From an uncultured Syntrophaceae bacterium (GTDB lineage: Bacteria > Desulfobacterota > Syntrophia > Syntrophales > UBA2192), in NCBI GenBank assembly GCA_964628025.1, contig CAZVLL010000002.1, positions 1,421-65,420 of the forward strand: a stretch of DNA of 64,000 bases. Direction: 5' to 3'. The translations under genes were made by a program, and so were the position numbers. Below are positions 53,992 to 62,876 of the stretch, piece by piece. The stretch's first letter is position 1. Each line of letters begins with the position of its first letter. The notes under the pieces were generated by a model that had not been told where the DNA came from, searched no databases, and saw nothing but the letters and a program-made list of their open reading frames with translations.

Positions 53992-54411
53992 CTAGCTGTT
54001 AGTGACGGTGACCGTCATGCGGTATTTCAGGCCGTAGATGTAGAGGCCGTTCTTTTCAAACACGAGTTCCTCGGAGACGGGCATCAGGTGGCCGTGGGGG
54101 GCCACCTCAAAGCCGATGAGCGCCTGCCGCACGGCCTCGATGATCCCGTAGCAGCCCTCCAGGGCGGCCTTCGGCCCGCGAAGATCCTTGTGCAGCAGTA
54201 CCACAAGCCAGCTCTTCTCGGCGTGGACCTGGTTTGCACCGATGACCTTCTTTTCGGCGAACGTGCATCCTTCGTAGATCACCATGAGGGCCGGGAGCCG
54301 TTGCGGCTTTCCCGCCAGCGCCTCGATGTCGCCCTGCCAGGCCTCCACTCCGGCCACACTCGCGATCGTTTCGAGCCGCTCGATGATGAGATCCTGACAT
54401 TCCTTGATCAT
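53992..54411 (-). CDS. Mu gp37-like (DUF1834) neck/tail-joining protein
   Basis: 139 aa. Its size, position after the gp36-like gene and remembered family features (ERLETI..V..W.GD....). Confidence 0.6.
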   Translation of the reverse strand: MIKECQDLIIERLETIASVAGVEAWQGDIEALAGKPQRLPALMVIYEGCTFAEKKVIGANQVHAEKSWLVVLLHKDLRGPKAALEGCYGIIEAVRQALIGFEVAPHGHLMPVSEELVFEKNGLYIYGLKYRMTVTVTNS

Positions 54412-54845
54412 CAGTAGCCCTCCATCGTCGTCTTTGTGAAGGTGCGATCTGTCGCCGATTTCGTTGCTTCGGGGCCGCCCTGTTCGTCGGCCGCCGCGGG
54501 TGTCGTCGCGGCGCCGATGGTGATGGTTCCCTTCGCGATTCCCTCCAGCATGCGCACGGCGTTTTTGTACCGCTCGGCTCTCGTCTCGGGAATCTCCTCG
54601 ACGAGGCGCGAGTAGAGGTTGTAGATGGCGATATCGACGGAGAGCTTCTTCACCACGGCCGGTATGGGAGAAAAGGGCAGGTCGTATCGCGCCGCGCAGT
54701 ACGAGTCGATGTCAGCATCGGCCTGGGCAATAGCCTCGGTCACGCGGGCAGGGTTGATCGAGCCTGCGCCCTCATCGTCGGTAAGCTGGACGAGGGCCTC
54801 CTCGGGAAGGAGCTTCTTGATGTCGTCGAGCGTGCAGTAGGCCAT
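54411..54845 (-). CDS. Mu gp36-like (DUF1320) head-tail connector protein
   Basis: MAYCTLDDIKKLLPEEALVQLTDDEG.......V.EAI..A.A.IDSY...RY.LPF is the typical DUF1320 N-terminus. Confidence 0.75.
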   Translation of the reverse strand: MAYCTLDDIKKLLPEEALVQLTDDEGAGSINPARVTEAIAQADADIDSYCAARYDLPFSPIPAVVKKLSVDIAIYNLYSRLVEEIPETRAERYKNAVRMLEGIAKGTITIGAATTPAAADEQGGPEATKSATDRTFTKTTMEGY

Positions 54846-54855
54846 CTTGGTTTCC

Positions 54856-55269
54856 TCACATCGCCGGCACGACGGTGATCTTCAGATTGATCGGGATCGC
54901 CGGGGCCAGAAAGTCGATCACGGTGGTCACGGTATTGGACCGGGCGCTCTCGTTTCCGCTCTTGTCGTAAGCCGTAAGGGCAAATGTCATTGCCGTTTCG
55001 GCCGCGTCAGGGGCCTGCAGGGACTGCTGTGCCGTATAGGTCTGCTGTTGTGCCCCGGCATAGGGGATCGTGGCCACCAGGTCCCACGCAGCACCGTTTT
55101 GCCGGTATAATTTCCAGCCGCCGAAATCAGATTTCTGCGTGTCCGCCGCGGGCTGCTCCCAGGCGAACTCCAGCGTCTTCGTTCCGGCGTCGGCATGGAC
55201 GGCCAGCGCAACGATGACTAGGATCACCAGCAGGATCTGAATCAGGATAAGAGCTTCTTTCTTCTTCAT
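54856..55269 (-). CDS. Signal-peptide/TM-anchored FN3-like domain protein inserted in the head-neck operon
   Basis: The N-terminus MKKKEALILIQILLVILVIVALAVHADAG is a hydrophobic leader ending in AVHA-D. The FN3-like C-terminus includes LTAYDKSGNESARSNTVT. Confidence 0.6.
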   Translation of the reverse strand: MKKKEALILIQILLVILVIVALAVHADAGTKTLEFAWEQPAADTQKSDFGGWKLYRQNGAAWDLVATIPYAGAQQQTYTAQQSLQAPDAAETAMTFALTAYDKSGNESARSNTVTTVIDFLAPAIPINLKITVVPAM

Positions 55270-55279
55270 GGCCTGCCTC

Positions 55280-55444
55280 CTATTCCTTCTTGGCCTTTCC
55301 GGCCCTTGGCTCCACGGAAGCGCCCAGCGCGGCGGCCTCTTTCTCGGTGAGCTCGATTTCGTCGCCGGGGGCGTAGAGCGTCGCTTCCTTCTCGCCTTTT
55401 CTGCCGTGCAGGATGTGCGTGTCTTTCACGATGTATGCGGGCAT
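55280..55444 (-). CDS. Small phage protein (54 aa)
   Basis: Not in the ORF track. MPAYIVKDTHILHGRKGEKEATLYAPGDEIELTEKEAAALGASVEPRAGKAKKE*. The Y.PGD.IEL...EA..L pattern recurs in small genes next to phage capsid genes. Confidence 0.5.
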   Translation of the reverse strand: MPAYIVKDTHILHGRKGEKEATLYAPGDEIELTEKEAAALGASVEPRAGKAKKE

Positions 55445-55470
55445 CGGTTTTTCTCCTTTCAGCTATCAAT

Positions 55471-55520
55471 CCCCCTCACCCCGCCCTCTCCCGCAAGGGG
55501 AGAGGGAAAGCAGGGAGGAG
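55471..55520 (-). repeat. REP-like hairpin element, copy C (inside the prophage, between the MCP gene and the small ORF)
   Basis: The reverse complement reads CTCCCTGCTTTCCCTCTCCCCTTGCGGGAGAGGGCGGGGTGAGGGGG, which matches copies A and B. It has the same orientation relative to local transcription. Confidence 0.7.
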
Positions 55521-55527
55521 GGTTGTG

Positions 55528-56466
55528 TTACGCCACGGCGTCCTGGATGTAATATCCCAGGTCGGAGGCGATGATCTTCTCGTCGGAGTTCCAGGCCGTC
55601 TTGATGTAGTGGGCGCCCTTGATACCGCGCTTCGGATCGAAATCTCGCATGGTCATCCTTCGGGTCTCCACGAAGGTGCCGCCGAAGGTGATGGAGCGGA
55701 CTCCGGGGTTTTTCTCGACGTAGAGCGCCGCGCATTGCTTGCCCCAGAGCCGGGCGTAGGTGGCCGTCTGGCCTTCCTTCGAGCTGATGTAGCGGCTGCG
55801 GCCCACGAGCCAGTTCTCGACTTCGAAGAGGCCCTTGCACTCATCGACCGTCGCAAGGCCGCCCGGCGATCCCTGATACCGGGTCGATCCCTTCACGGCG
55901 TCAAGCACCTCAGGTAGTTTGCGGAAAATCATCCAGACATCGGAGCCCATGACGATCGTGTTGGCCCGCACGAAGCAGGTCTCGATGGCCGTGAGGATAT
56001 TGCCGATGGGGTCGTCGGCCGACTGGCCCCACTGGCCGGTGCCCGAGAGCTGGACCTTGTTGCCTGAAGGGTAGGTTCCGGCAGCGAATATCAGGTCTGC
56101 GACACGCTTCTCCTGGGCAACGTCGAGGAGCAGGTTCAGGAAATCGTTGGTGTCCACCTCGGGATGGACGGGGTTGTCGGAGTTGTCGATCGTCTCCTGC
56201 GGGAGCCAGTCGCCCAGGGCGTGATCCTTGACGGAGTAGTTGTCCGTCGAGGTTCCCCAGTCGACTTCGTTGGGAAGGCTCTTGGGGCCGATCTTGTCGT
56301 CCACCAGCCGGTAGGAGTCCTCCTTGTTGTACTTGGTGAACTTGTCGGAACGCTTTCCGACCTTGATCTCCGGCATCAGGAGAGGCCAGATCATGATATT
56401 GTTCCGGTACTGGATCGAGAGGTTCGTCAGCACCGCATCGACGTGCATCGTTCTGGGTTCGGGCAT
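55528..56466 (-). CDS. Major capsid protein (HK97 fold; lambda gpE-type family that pairs with DUF2190)
   Basis: 312 aa. Its position after the protease/scaffold and decoration genes. The N-terminal MHVDAVLTNLSIQY pattern resembles the remembered 'major capsid protein E' family. Confidence 0.7.
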   Translation of the reverse strand: MPEPRTMHVDAVLTNLSIQYRNNIMIWPLLMPEIKVGKRSDKFTKYNKEDSYRLVDDKIGPKSLPNEVDWGTSTDNYSVKDHALGDWLPQETIDNSDNPVHPEVDTNDFLNLLLDVAQEKRVADLIFAAGTYPSGNKVQLSGTGQWGQSADDPIGNILTAIETCFVRANTIVMGSDVWMIFRKLPEVLDAVKGSTRYQGSPGGLATVDECKGLFEVENWLVGRSRYISSKEGQTATYARLWGKQCAALYVEKNPGVRSITFGGTFVETRRMTMRDFDPKRGIKGAHYIKTAWNSDEKIIASDLGYYIQDAVA

Positions 56467-56530
56467 GTTTTTTCTCCTTTCCCGCCGCGCCTCTCTTACC
56501 CGAGGAGGCGCGGTCGAAGGCGTTTGGGGG

Positions 56531-56911
56531 TTACTGCTGAGGCCTGCTGGGGGCGATCAGTACGGGGACGATGTCTCCGGCCGCGCCCGAGGCCATCGCA
56601 ATGCCGATGGACTGGACATTGGTGCCGGCCGCACCCGAAAGGGCGATGCCCTGGCCCGAGGCGTCCACGGTAATGAGAGCGCCGCGGGTAATGCCGCCGG
56701 TACCAAGCTTCAAGCGGCTGATCCCGTCGAGCATCACCCGCACCTCGGCGCCGCTTACGGCGTCGTGCTGGAAGATGCCCACTAGCAGGTCCGTGTTGGC
56801 CGCCGCCGGGTTCATGGTATCGTCATCGGAGCCGAATTTCGCGACCGTGTAGGCCGTGATCGCGGCACCCGCCTTGACGCTTTTCTCGATTCCGCTGGTC
56901 TGTCCGATCAT
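56531..56911 (-). CDS. DUF2190-family head decoration/cement protein
   Basis: 126 aa. G/A-rich beta protein with the pattern ..GAAITAYTVAKFGSDD......A.......GI..........V.V...G... Confidence 0.65.
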   Translation of the reverse strand: MIGQTSGIEKSVKAGAAITAYTVAKFGSDDDTMNPAAANTDLLVGIFQHDAVSGAEVRVMLDGISRLKLGTGGITRGALITVDASGQGIALSGAAGTNVQSIGIAMASGAAGDIVPVLIAPSRPQQ

Positions 56912-56914
56912 GTG

Positions 56915-57976
56915 TCATTCCTCCTTTCGGAAGAGGTCCGGGTGCTCCTTCGACACGGCGAGCACGGCCTCTCGATAGCTTTTGTCCTTGTTTTTCTCCA
57001 TAAACTCGGTGATGAGCGTTTCCCGCTTTTCTCCGGCTTTCACGTCCTTGTCCCGCGTGGCGATCTCGCCGAATTCGATGAGCTTCGGAAGCTCCTTCTC
57101 GAAGAGCGCCTTGAAGCGATCGTAATGAGTCGCCTTGTCTTTGGCCTCGCCGAACTCGATGACATCTTCCTTCTCGGTGAAGGCCAGAAGCATCTCCGGA
57201 ACGCCGAATTTGATCAGGGCGGGCGTCAACCGGCCCTGGGCCACCATCGAGGCGCACCAGGAGGAGACCTCGCCCCTGCGTCGCTCCTGGAGGCCTCTGC
57301 GCTCCTTTTCGGCGAACTCTGCAGTCACCTTTTCCCGTTCCTTCCTTGTCGCCTCGTCGGCGGCTTCCCGTTTCGCCTTTTCCAGGTCCGCCTCGGAGAA
57401 GGTGCCGCTCGCGGCGGGCGCCGGCCCGTCGTCCGGGATCTCGGCCATGACCTTCTCCATGACGCCCTTGAACCATTCCTTGAACTTCATGTTGACCTCC
57501 TTTTCAGGCTGTGTTTTATGTTCCGCACCGAGCGCCTCGATGGGTCTCGACACCTCTTCCGAAAACTCGAAGCTCGCTGCTTCTCCCTCGGCGAAGGACA
57601 CATCGGCCAGCCCTTTCACGGCCGGAATGGTCGCGCCCAGAAAGCCTACGTGGCGCAGGCTCCCGTCAGGGTAGAAAGCAGCCGAGCGCTTCTTGTAGAG
57701 GCCCTTTTTCACGGCCTCCGTGAATTCCGGCACGACGTCCCTGAACTTCGCCATCAGCAGATCGCCCTCGCGCTTGAGTCCCTCGACCCAGCCGAAAGCC
57801 GGGGCATCGTGCCGGGGATGACCGACAACCAGCGGCGGTTCGTGTTTCGCCGTGTCGAAGGTTCTCAGGGCTTTCTCGATGAGCCCGTCACCGTCCCACT
57901 GGCGCCCGTTTCCATCGATCTGCTTTCCAGCCTGAAAAATCGGGATCCAGCCGTCGAAGCCGTTGAATTCGATCAT
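56915..57976 (-). CDS. Mu gpI-like head maturation protease/scaffold
   Basis: The N-terminus W.PIFQAGK..D.NG..W....L......F.......PPLVVGHP....PAFGWV matches the remembered Mu-like prophage I protein family. The C-terminal half is a charged scaffold-like region. Confidence 0.75.
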   Translation of the reverse strand: MIEFNGFDGWIPIFQAGKQIDGNGRQWDGDGLIEKALRTFDTAKHEPPLVVGHPRHDAPAFGWVEGLKREGDLLMAKFRDVVPEFTEAVKKGLYKKRSAAFYPDGSLRHVGFLGATIPAVKGLADVSFAEGEAASFEFSEEVSRPIEALGAEHKTQPEKEVNMKFKEWFKGVMEKVMAEIPDDGPAPAASGTFSEADLEKAKREAADEATRKEREKVTAEFAEKERRGLQERRRGEVSSWCASMVAQGRLTPALIKFGVPEMLLAFTEKEDVIEFGEAKDKATHYDRFKALFEKELPKLIEFGEIATRDKDVKAGEKRETLITEFMEKNKDKSYREAVLAVSKEHPDLFRKEE

Positions 57977-58401
57977 GATCGCCCTCCTGTGACGTATTCG
58001 CCCAGTTGCCTCTCGATCTCGCGCCAGTCCTCTTCCTGCACCAGCATGAAGGGCCTCGCGGGAATCGTGACCTTGCCGCCTCGGCCCGCCTTACCCCCCA
58101 TCTGGTGGATCGCCGCGTAGACCACGTTGGTGCCCACCTCGGCGCGGGTGGCCGAGGCTTTCACAGTGAAAGACCGGCGGAGCCTGCCTGTCAGGCTCAA
58201 TGTCTCTCCTCCTGTAGCTTGAACGCGCTTCGAGGGAGACCACTTCGCGGGCCGTCCCTGGGCGGCAAAGTTGCGCTCCACCGAGGTACGGACAATCTCG
58301 CCGATGCTCTTCATGGCCGGCGTCAGGTTTCCCGTCCTCGCCTGGATGAGAGAGAGCATCGATTTGACTCCGCTGTCGTCGATGGAGACCGTGATTTGCA
58401 T
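57973..58401 (-). CDS. Mu gpG-like virion morphogenesis protein
   Basis: MQITVSIDDSGVKSMLSLIQARTGNLTPAMKSIGEIV..SVERNFAAQGRPAKWSPSK is typical of the family. Confidence 0.75.
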   Translation of the reverse strand: MQITVSIDDSGVKSMLSLIQARTGNLTPAMKSIGEIVRTSVERNFAAQGRPAKWSPSKRVQATGGETLSLTGRLRRSFTVKASATRAEVGTNVVYAAIHQMGGKAGRGGKVTIPARPFMLVQEEDWREIERQLGEYVTGGRS

Positions 58402-58525
58402 ATTCCGCTTGCCTTTACCGGCCTTTCCGGGTTATTCTGTTTTCCCAGCAGAGGGAACGTCAGCGGCGTAGGGGGGCCACCTTGGTCTGAACAGTCGCAG
58501 GCGGCCGGTTCGTGAGCCGAATTGG

Positions 58526-59788
58526 TTATTTCCCTTTGCCGTAGAGCAGCAACCCCTCCCTCTGTTTCTCCGCGTAGGACAAATCCGGCTCGTTCGTTTT
58601 TCTCTTCAGCGGCACAAAATGCGTTACTTCCTGGAAGACTCCATCTGCCGATTCGTACACGGAAAGCCCCGCGATCCTTTGCCTGTCCGCCGTCTTCCAG
58701 AGGCCTACGTAGCGCTTCGCCAGCCTGGTCCGCCCCGCCTCACTCACCTGCGGCACAAGCCAAATCTCGTAGGGCTCCAGGATCATTTTCTCCAGCAGCG
58801 AGATGCTCTCGCCGTGGCCTCTTTTCGAAAACTTCCATTGCTCGCTTGCACCGGGCGACTTGTCCACCAGAAATGACCGCAGAGACAGGATAACGGGCTC
58901 TCCGGCCGCGTCTGCCAGAAGCTTTTCTTCTCCGTAAAGCCGACGGAATTCGGCCTGGTAGAACGCATCTCCCTTGCCCCCGGGCAGCAGCATCGTCTCG
59001 TCGAAATCCGCGATCTCTGCTGGCCGCACGTTATCCAGCGCGCGGCGGCGGTAATCCGCAGGGCCTTTCAGATCCGGCAACGGTTTCCAGGCACCGGGCC
59101 GCTTTGCCGCGTCCACGAGGCCTCCCCAGACCGTCTCGCCTGGGTTATGGGCAAAGCCCGGATCAGGCATGAGCAGCCGGGCAAGCATCCGATTTCCGGT
59201 TTTCGGATCGATGGGTTCGATGAGCTTGCCCGTGGGATCCTGTGTTTCGGCCGTGAGCCCGTCGCGCTCCATCTCGGCCTTCGAAAGCGTCACCACGCCG
59301 CAGCGGCAGTTGTAGCCGTTGGGCGGATACCAGGTCTTCCAGAAGGGGTGATCCGCCAGGTAGACGAGGCCATGCAGGGCACGGTGCGTCGGGCGCGTGC
59401 GGCTGTCGTTCACCGCGCTGTACTGCCAGTAGGGCCGCGCCTCGACGACTTCCGTCATCTGCCGGTACCGGCCGATGGAATACGCCGTCTGAATGTTGGT
59501 GCGGAAGATGTTGTCCACTCGCCAGGCCTTTTTCCCCGTCCATCCGCGCCGCTCGACGGTCTCGCGGATTTGATTCTTGAATTCCCCGAAGGAGTCGCCC
59601 TTCGCAATGGCCCGCTGCAGGGCTTCGAATACCGTCGTCAGTTCGTCGCCCTTTGCGATTCCCGAGACGGCAAAGGCCAGGTTCTTCGCATCGTCGGCAA
59701 GCTGCGCGAACTGCCGGGGCGAGAGCGGCACCTTGTTGCGCCAAAACTCGACAGCCTCGTCCATCGGCAGGGGCTCGAAATCCAGCAT
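58526..59788 (-). CDS. MuF-like head morphogenesis protein with a ~235-aa C-terminal extension
   Basis: Phage_Mu_F hallmarks RTN.QTAYS.GRY, DSRTRPTHRALHG and PPNGYNCRC lie in aa 1-180. Aa ~185-420 have no MuF similarity. Confidence 0.8.
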   Translation of the reverse strand: MLDFEPLPMDEAVEFWRNKVPLSPRQFAQLADDAKNLAFAVSGIAKGDELTTVFEALQRAIAKGDSFGEFKNQIRETVERRGWTGKKAWRVDNIFRTNIQTAYSIGRYRQMTEVVEARPYWQYSAVNDSRTRPTHRALHGLVYLADHPFWKTWYPPNGYNCRCGVVTLSKAEMERDGLTAETQDPTGKLIEPIDPKTGNRMLARLLMPDPGFAHNPGETVWGGLVDAAKRPGAWKPLPDLKGPADYRRRALDNVRPAEIADFDETMLLPGGKGDAFYQAEFRRLYGEEKLLADAAGEPVILSLRSFLVDKSPGASEQWKFSKRGHGESISLLEKMILEPYEIWLVPQVSEAGRTRLAKRYVGLWKTADRQRIAGLSVYESADGVFQEVTHFVPLKRKTNEPDLSYAEKQREGLLLYGKGK

Positions 59789-59789
59789 G

Positions 59790-61322
59790 TCACTCCTTCG
59801 CCTTCAGTCCGGTGGCATAGCGCCCGAAAAGCTCGGCATTGAACAGGGCCCTCTCCAGAAGCTCCGCAAGCTCGCCTGTGTTAAGTTCGGGGTACAGCTC
59901 CAGGAGCCCGGTCATGGCTTCTTCGTAGCTTTGCGCGTTCTCCACGGCGGCGATGATTTTCTGTTCGATCTCCGAAGGGGCGTTCGTTGCCTTTGCGATG
60001 AAACGTTCCAGGGCTTCCTGATCGGGCGTGAAGCGCAAGGCTTCGGCGAACTTCGCTTCCTTGCCTTTTTCGTCCTTCCCGAACGGCAGGGCAGGCGTCT
60101 TCGGCTGCGGCTTCACCAGATCCTCGCCCTCGGCGGGCTCGGGGATGCCGTAGGTCTCGTAAAAATACTGCGTCCCCACGGGAAGGCCGATGTCGGAGGC
60201 GAGCGTCTTGTCGAGCTCGCTTCGCTCCTTGAGGTCCGGCTTCGGGGCTGCGTGGGTGATAAGCTTCGGGTAGTCCGTCACGTCCGGGAAGTTGTAATCC
60301 ACGATCCAGCGCACCAGCGTTTCGTTGAGCACCGAGTCGAGAAGATCCGCGTCGGCCTCGACGATGTCCTGCCGCACGTCGTCCTGGGCGTCCTCGTTGC
60401 CGAGCTTGCCCGGTGTCCCTTCGGTGGTTGCCGTCTGGCCCAAGACGGCCTTGGAGATCTGGCGATCCATGTACTCGCAGAGCTGCTCGTGGGTGACGGT
60501 TCCCGCCCTGGCGGCCTCCAGCAGTTCGATGTTCATGGAGTCGGGGATCTTGATGCCCGTATCCGTCTGGATGGCCTCGATGGCCTCCAGGAGCCGGTCC
60601 TGCTCGTCCTTGAGCGTTCCCGGAGGATACTTGCCGACGGTGGTGGGCATGCCGAACTTGTCCAGGAACACCATCCAGAACTTGATGCCGTTTTTCTTAA
60701 ACCAGACGGGCCACCAGAGCCTGCGGCCCAGACCCCTGCCGTAGGGGTTGTCGGAATCGCCGAAGGTAAAGGCGATGAACTTGCAATCGGGCAGCTCTTC
60801 GCCGTCGATCATGTTCTGCGGCGTGAGCAGTCGCAGCTCGCGCTCGGCCGTGAAGACGAATCGTCGGGGGTGTTTGCCGACAAGCTTCTTGATCCCGATC
60901 CTGTCGTCGGGGCGCTTTAGCCAAAGCACTTCGGCCGCAAAATATCCGTAGAGGATCGCCTGAAGAAGCTCCTGGCGGGCCTGATCGAAATTGCAGTTTT
61001 CGAGAACCTCGGTAACGTAATCGGCGACAACCTGTTCCTGGGAAGTTGCCGCGGGACGTCCTGCACGGCGTGCGCTCTGGGCCGGGATGACACTCCATTC
61101 CTTGCCCACCACGGCCAGGGCCCGCGTCTGCAGCACCGAGCCCGCGTGCGGGTCGCGGTCGACCTCGTCGTAGAGACGGAGGCCTTTGCCCTGAGACTCG
61201 GTGCGCAGCACCGGGTCCGGGTTTTCGAGGCGATTCAGCCATCCCGCGTAAATGTCGATGTCCTTCGCGATGGTGGCGATCTCGTTGACGACGGGGGTCT
61301 GTTTTGCTGTGTCCTCGGCCAT
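59790..61322 (-). CDS. Portal protein, DUF935 (Mu gp29-like)
   Basis: 510 aa, directly downstream of TerL, with family-like blocks (Y.GW..RLENPD, G.R..WW....K). Confidence 0.8.
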   Translation of the reverse strand: MAEDTAKQTPVVNEIATIAKDIDIYAGWLNRLENPDPVLRTESQGKGLRLYDEVDRDPHAGSVLQTRALAVVGKEWSVIPAQSARRAGRPAATSQEQVVADYVTEVLENCNFDQARQELLQAILYGYFAAEVLWLKRPDDRIGIKKLVGKHPRRFVFTAERELRLLTPQNMIDGEELPDCKFIAFTFGDSDNPYGRGLGRRLWWPVWFKKNGIKFWMVFLDKFGMPTTVGKYPPGTLKDEQDRLLEAIEAIQTDTGIKIPDSMNIELLEAARAGTVTHEQLCEYMDRQISKAVLGQTATTEGTPGKLGNEDAQDDVRQDIVEADADLLDSVLNETLVRWIVDYNFPDVTDYPKLITHAAPKPDLKERSELDKTLASDIGLPVGTQYFYETYGIPEPAEGEDLVKPQPKTPALPFGKDEKGKEAKFAEALRFTPDQEALERFIAKATNAPSEIEQKIIAAVENAQSYEEAMTGLLELYPELNTGELAELLERALFNAELFGRYATGLKAKE

Positions 61323-61325
61323 TTT

Positions 61326-62876
61326 CTACCTCGTCCCCATGAAGCTGCTCATGGCGTTGCCTGCCGTCACGCGCTTGCGCCCGGTCGATTCGAATTCGAT
61401 CTGCGCACCCTTCATCTCCTTGGCGGCAAACCAGGCCAGCGCCCCGGAGATTGCCGCATCGCCGTGGCGCTGCTTGTTATCGCGGCCCTTCGTTTTCAAT
61501 TCCGGTAGGCGTGCCACGCCCCGGATGACCTTCACAGCCCGATGGTCTTCGATGATGTCGGCATCCTTGGGCAGCACGATCGTCTTGTCCTCGAAGGCGG
61601 CCTTGTAGCGGGGCATGTTGTCCCGGTACCAGGGCTCGGTGAGCATCACCTCGGCGATCCTGCTGGTCCCGTAGCGCTGCATGGCCACTTCGGCCAGGTA
61701 CTGGCCGTTGCCGCGGGCATCGAGCGCCCCGTAGCGGAAGCGAGGCAGCCGGTCGACGACGTAAAACAGGATCTGCTCCTGCTGCTTGAAGGGTACGTTG
61801 CGCAGCTCCACCACGAAGGGGGCCCGGAAGCTCGCGTTTTGCTGTTCGATGAGCGGCGTGATCACCGTGAGATCACCCGTGCGCCCGAAGTCCTCGCCGA
61901 AGTAAGAGGCTCGCCGTGCGTCGAGGCCGTCCAGAAGCGACAGCAGATGATCCTCGCACCAGTCCGCCACTTCGGCTGCCCGGACGGAATCGGGCAACTC
62001 GGCGAAGGCCCTCGTCTGCTCATAGCGGACAACCGGGATCTCCCCGGACATGCACTGCTCGATGAGTGCCCGGGTGAGCCACGTGCCCGTGCCCTGGCTC
62101 GGGATGCAGAAAAGCTCCTCGTCGGCGTCCTCGCCGTAGGAGTCGATCACATCCTGTCGCCATGTCGCCTCGGCCTCGGGAGACCACTCGCGGTGCAGGA
62201 CCTCGCAGATGCGCTTGTAGAGGCCGTCTTTGAGGGCCTCGTCGAAATCGACGCGGTGCAGGCTGTAGTTTCGCTTTCCCTTCCGGATGTCCTGGACAAG
62301 CTCGTTGAAGGCATTGCTGTCGCCGAAATGGGTGGAGATGATTCGGACCGTGCCGCCCCAGATGAGAAGCGCCATTGCGGCCTTAATGAGGCCCGCCAGA
62401 TCGTCGTGGAACGCGGCCTCGTCGAGGATCACGCGGCCCTGCTTGCCGCGGAGGTTCGTGGGCCTCGAAGACAGCGCCGTGATCGTCCAGCCCGACTGCA
62501 GGGTGATCCGGAAGGAACGGATCTTCTTTTCCTGGATGACGCCCTCGATTTCTTCGCGATCGATCTCGTCGTATTCCTCCATCTCGGAGGCAGCGAGGTT
62601 GTAGGCCCGGGCCCAGTTGGCGCAGTCGCCGATGAACTCCTGGGCCATGTCCTTGTTGTAGCCGACGTACCAGACGTTTCGCTTTTCGCCCTGGCCCTTC
62701 TCGGAGGCCCAGAGGGTGTCTTCGGCCGCCTCGGCCCAGGAGATGCCCACGCGGCGCGACTTTTCCATGACCTTCACCGGCGACTGGTCGGCCGCCCAGC
62801 GGGCCTGGTAGGGCAGAAGCACGCCCGTGGCGGCGCGTGCCTGCTCGAAATCGTTCTGGATCGACGTTTCGGTCAT
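61326..62876 (-). CDS. Terminase large subunit (Mu gp28-like)
   Basis: LLPYQARWAAD....KVMEKSRRVGISWA (ATPase N-terminus) and a nuclease C-terminus. The start is trimmed to MTETSIQ (62876, a TGATG overlap with the upstream gene). Confidence 0.85.
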   Translation of the reverse strand: MTETSIQNDFEQARAATGVLLPYQARWAADQSPVKVMEKSRRVGISWAEAAEDTLWASEKGQGEKRNVWYVGYNKDMAQEFIGDCANWARAYNLAASEMEEYDEIDREEIEGVIQEKKIRSFRITLQSGWTITALSSRPTNLRGKQGRVILDEAAFHDDLAGLIKAAMALLIWGGTVRIISTHFGDSNAFNELVQDIRKGKRNYSLHRVDFDEALKDGLYKRICEVLHREWSPEAEATWRQDVIDSYGEDADEELFCIPSQGTGTWLTRALIEQCMSGEIPVVRYEQTRAFAELPDSVRAAEVADWCEDHLLSLLDGLDARRASYFGEDFGRTGDLTVITPLIEQQNASFRAPFVVELRNVPFKQQEQILFYVVDRLPRFRYGALDARGNGQYLAEVAMQRYGTSRIAEVMLTEPWYRDNMPRYKAAFEDKTIVLPKDADIIEDHRAVKVIRGVARLPELKTKGRDNKQRHGDAAISGALAWFAAKEMKGAQIEFESTGRKRVTAGNAMSSFMGTR

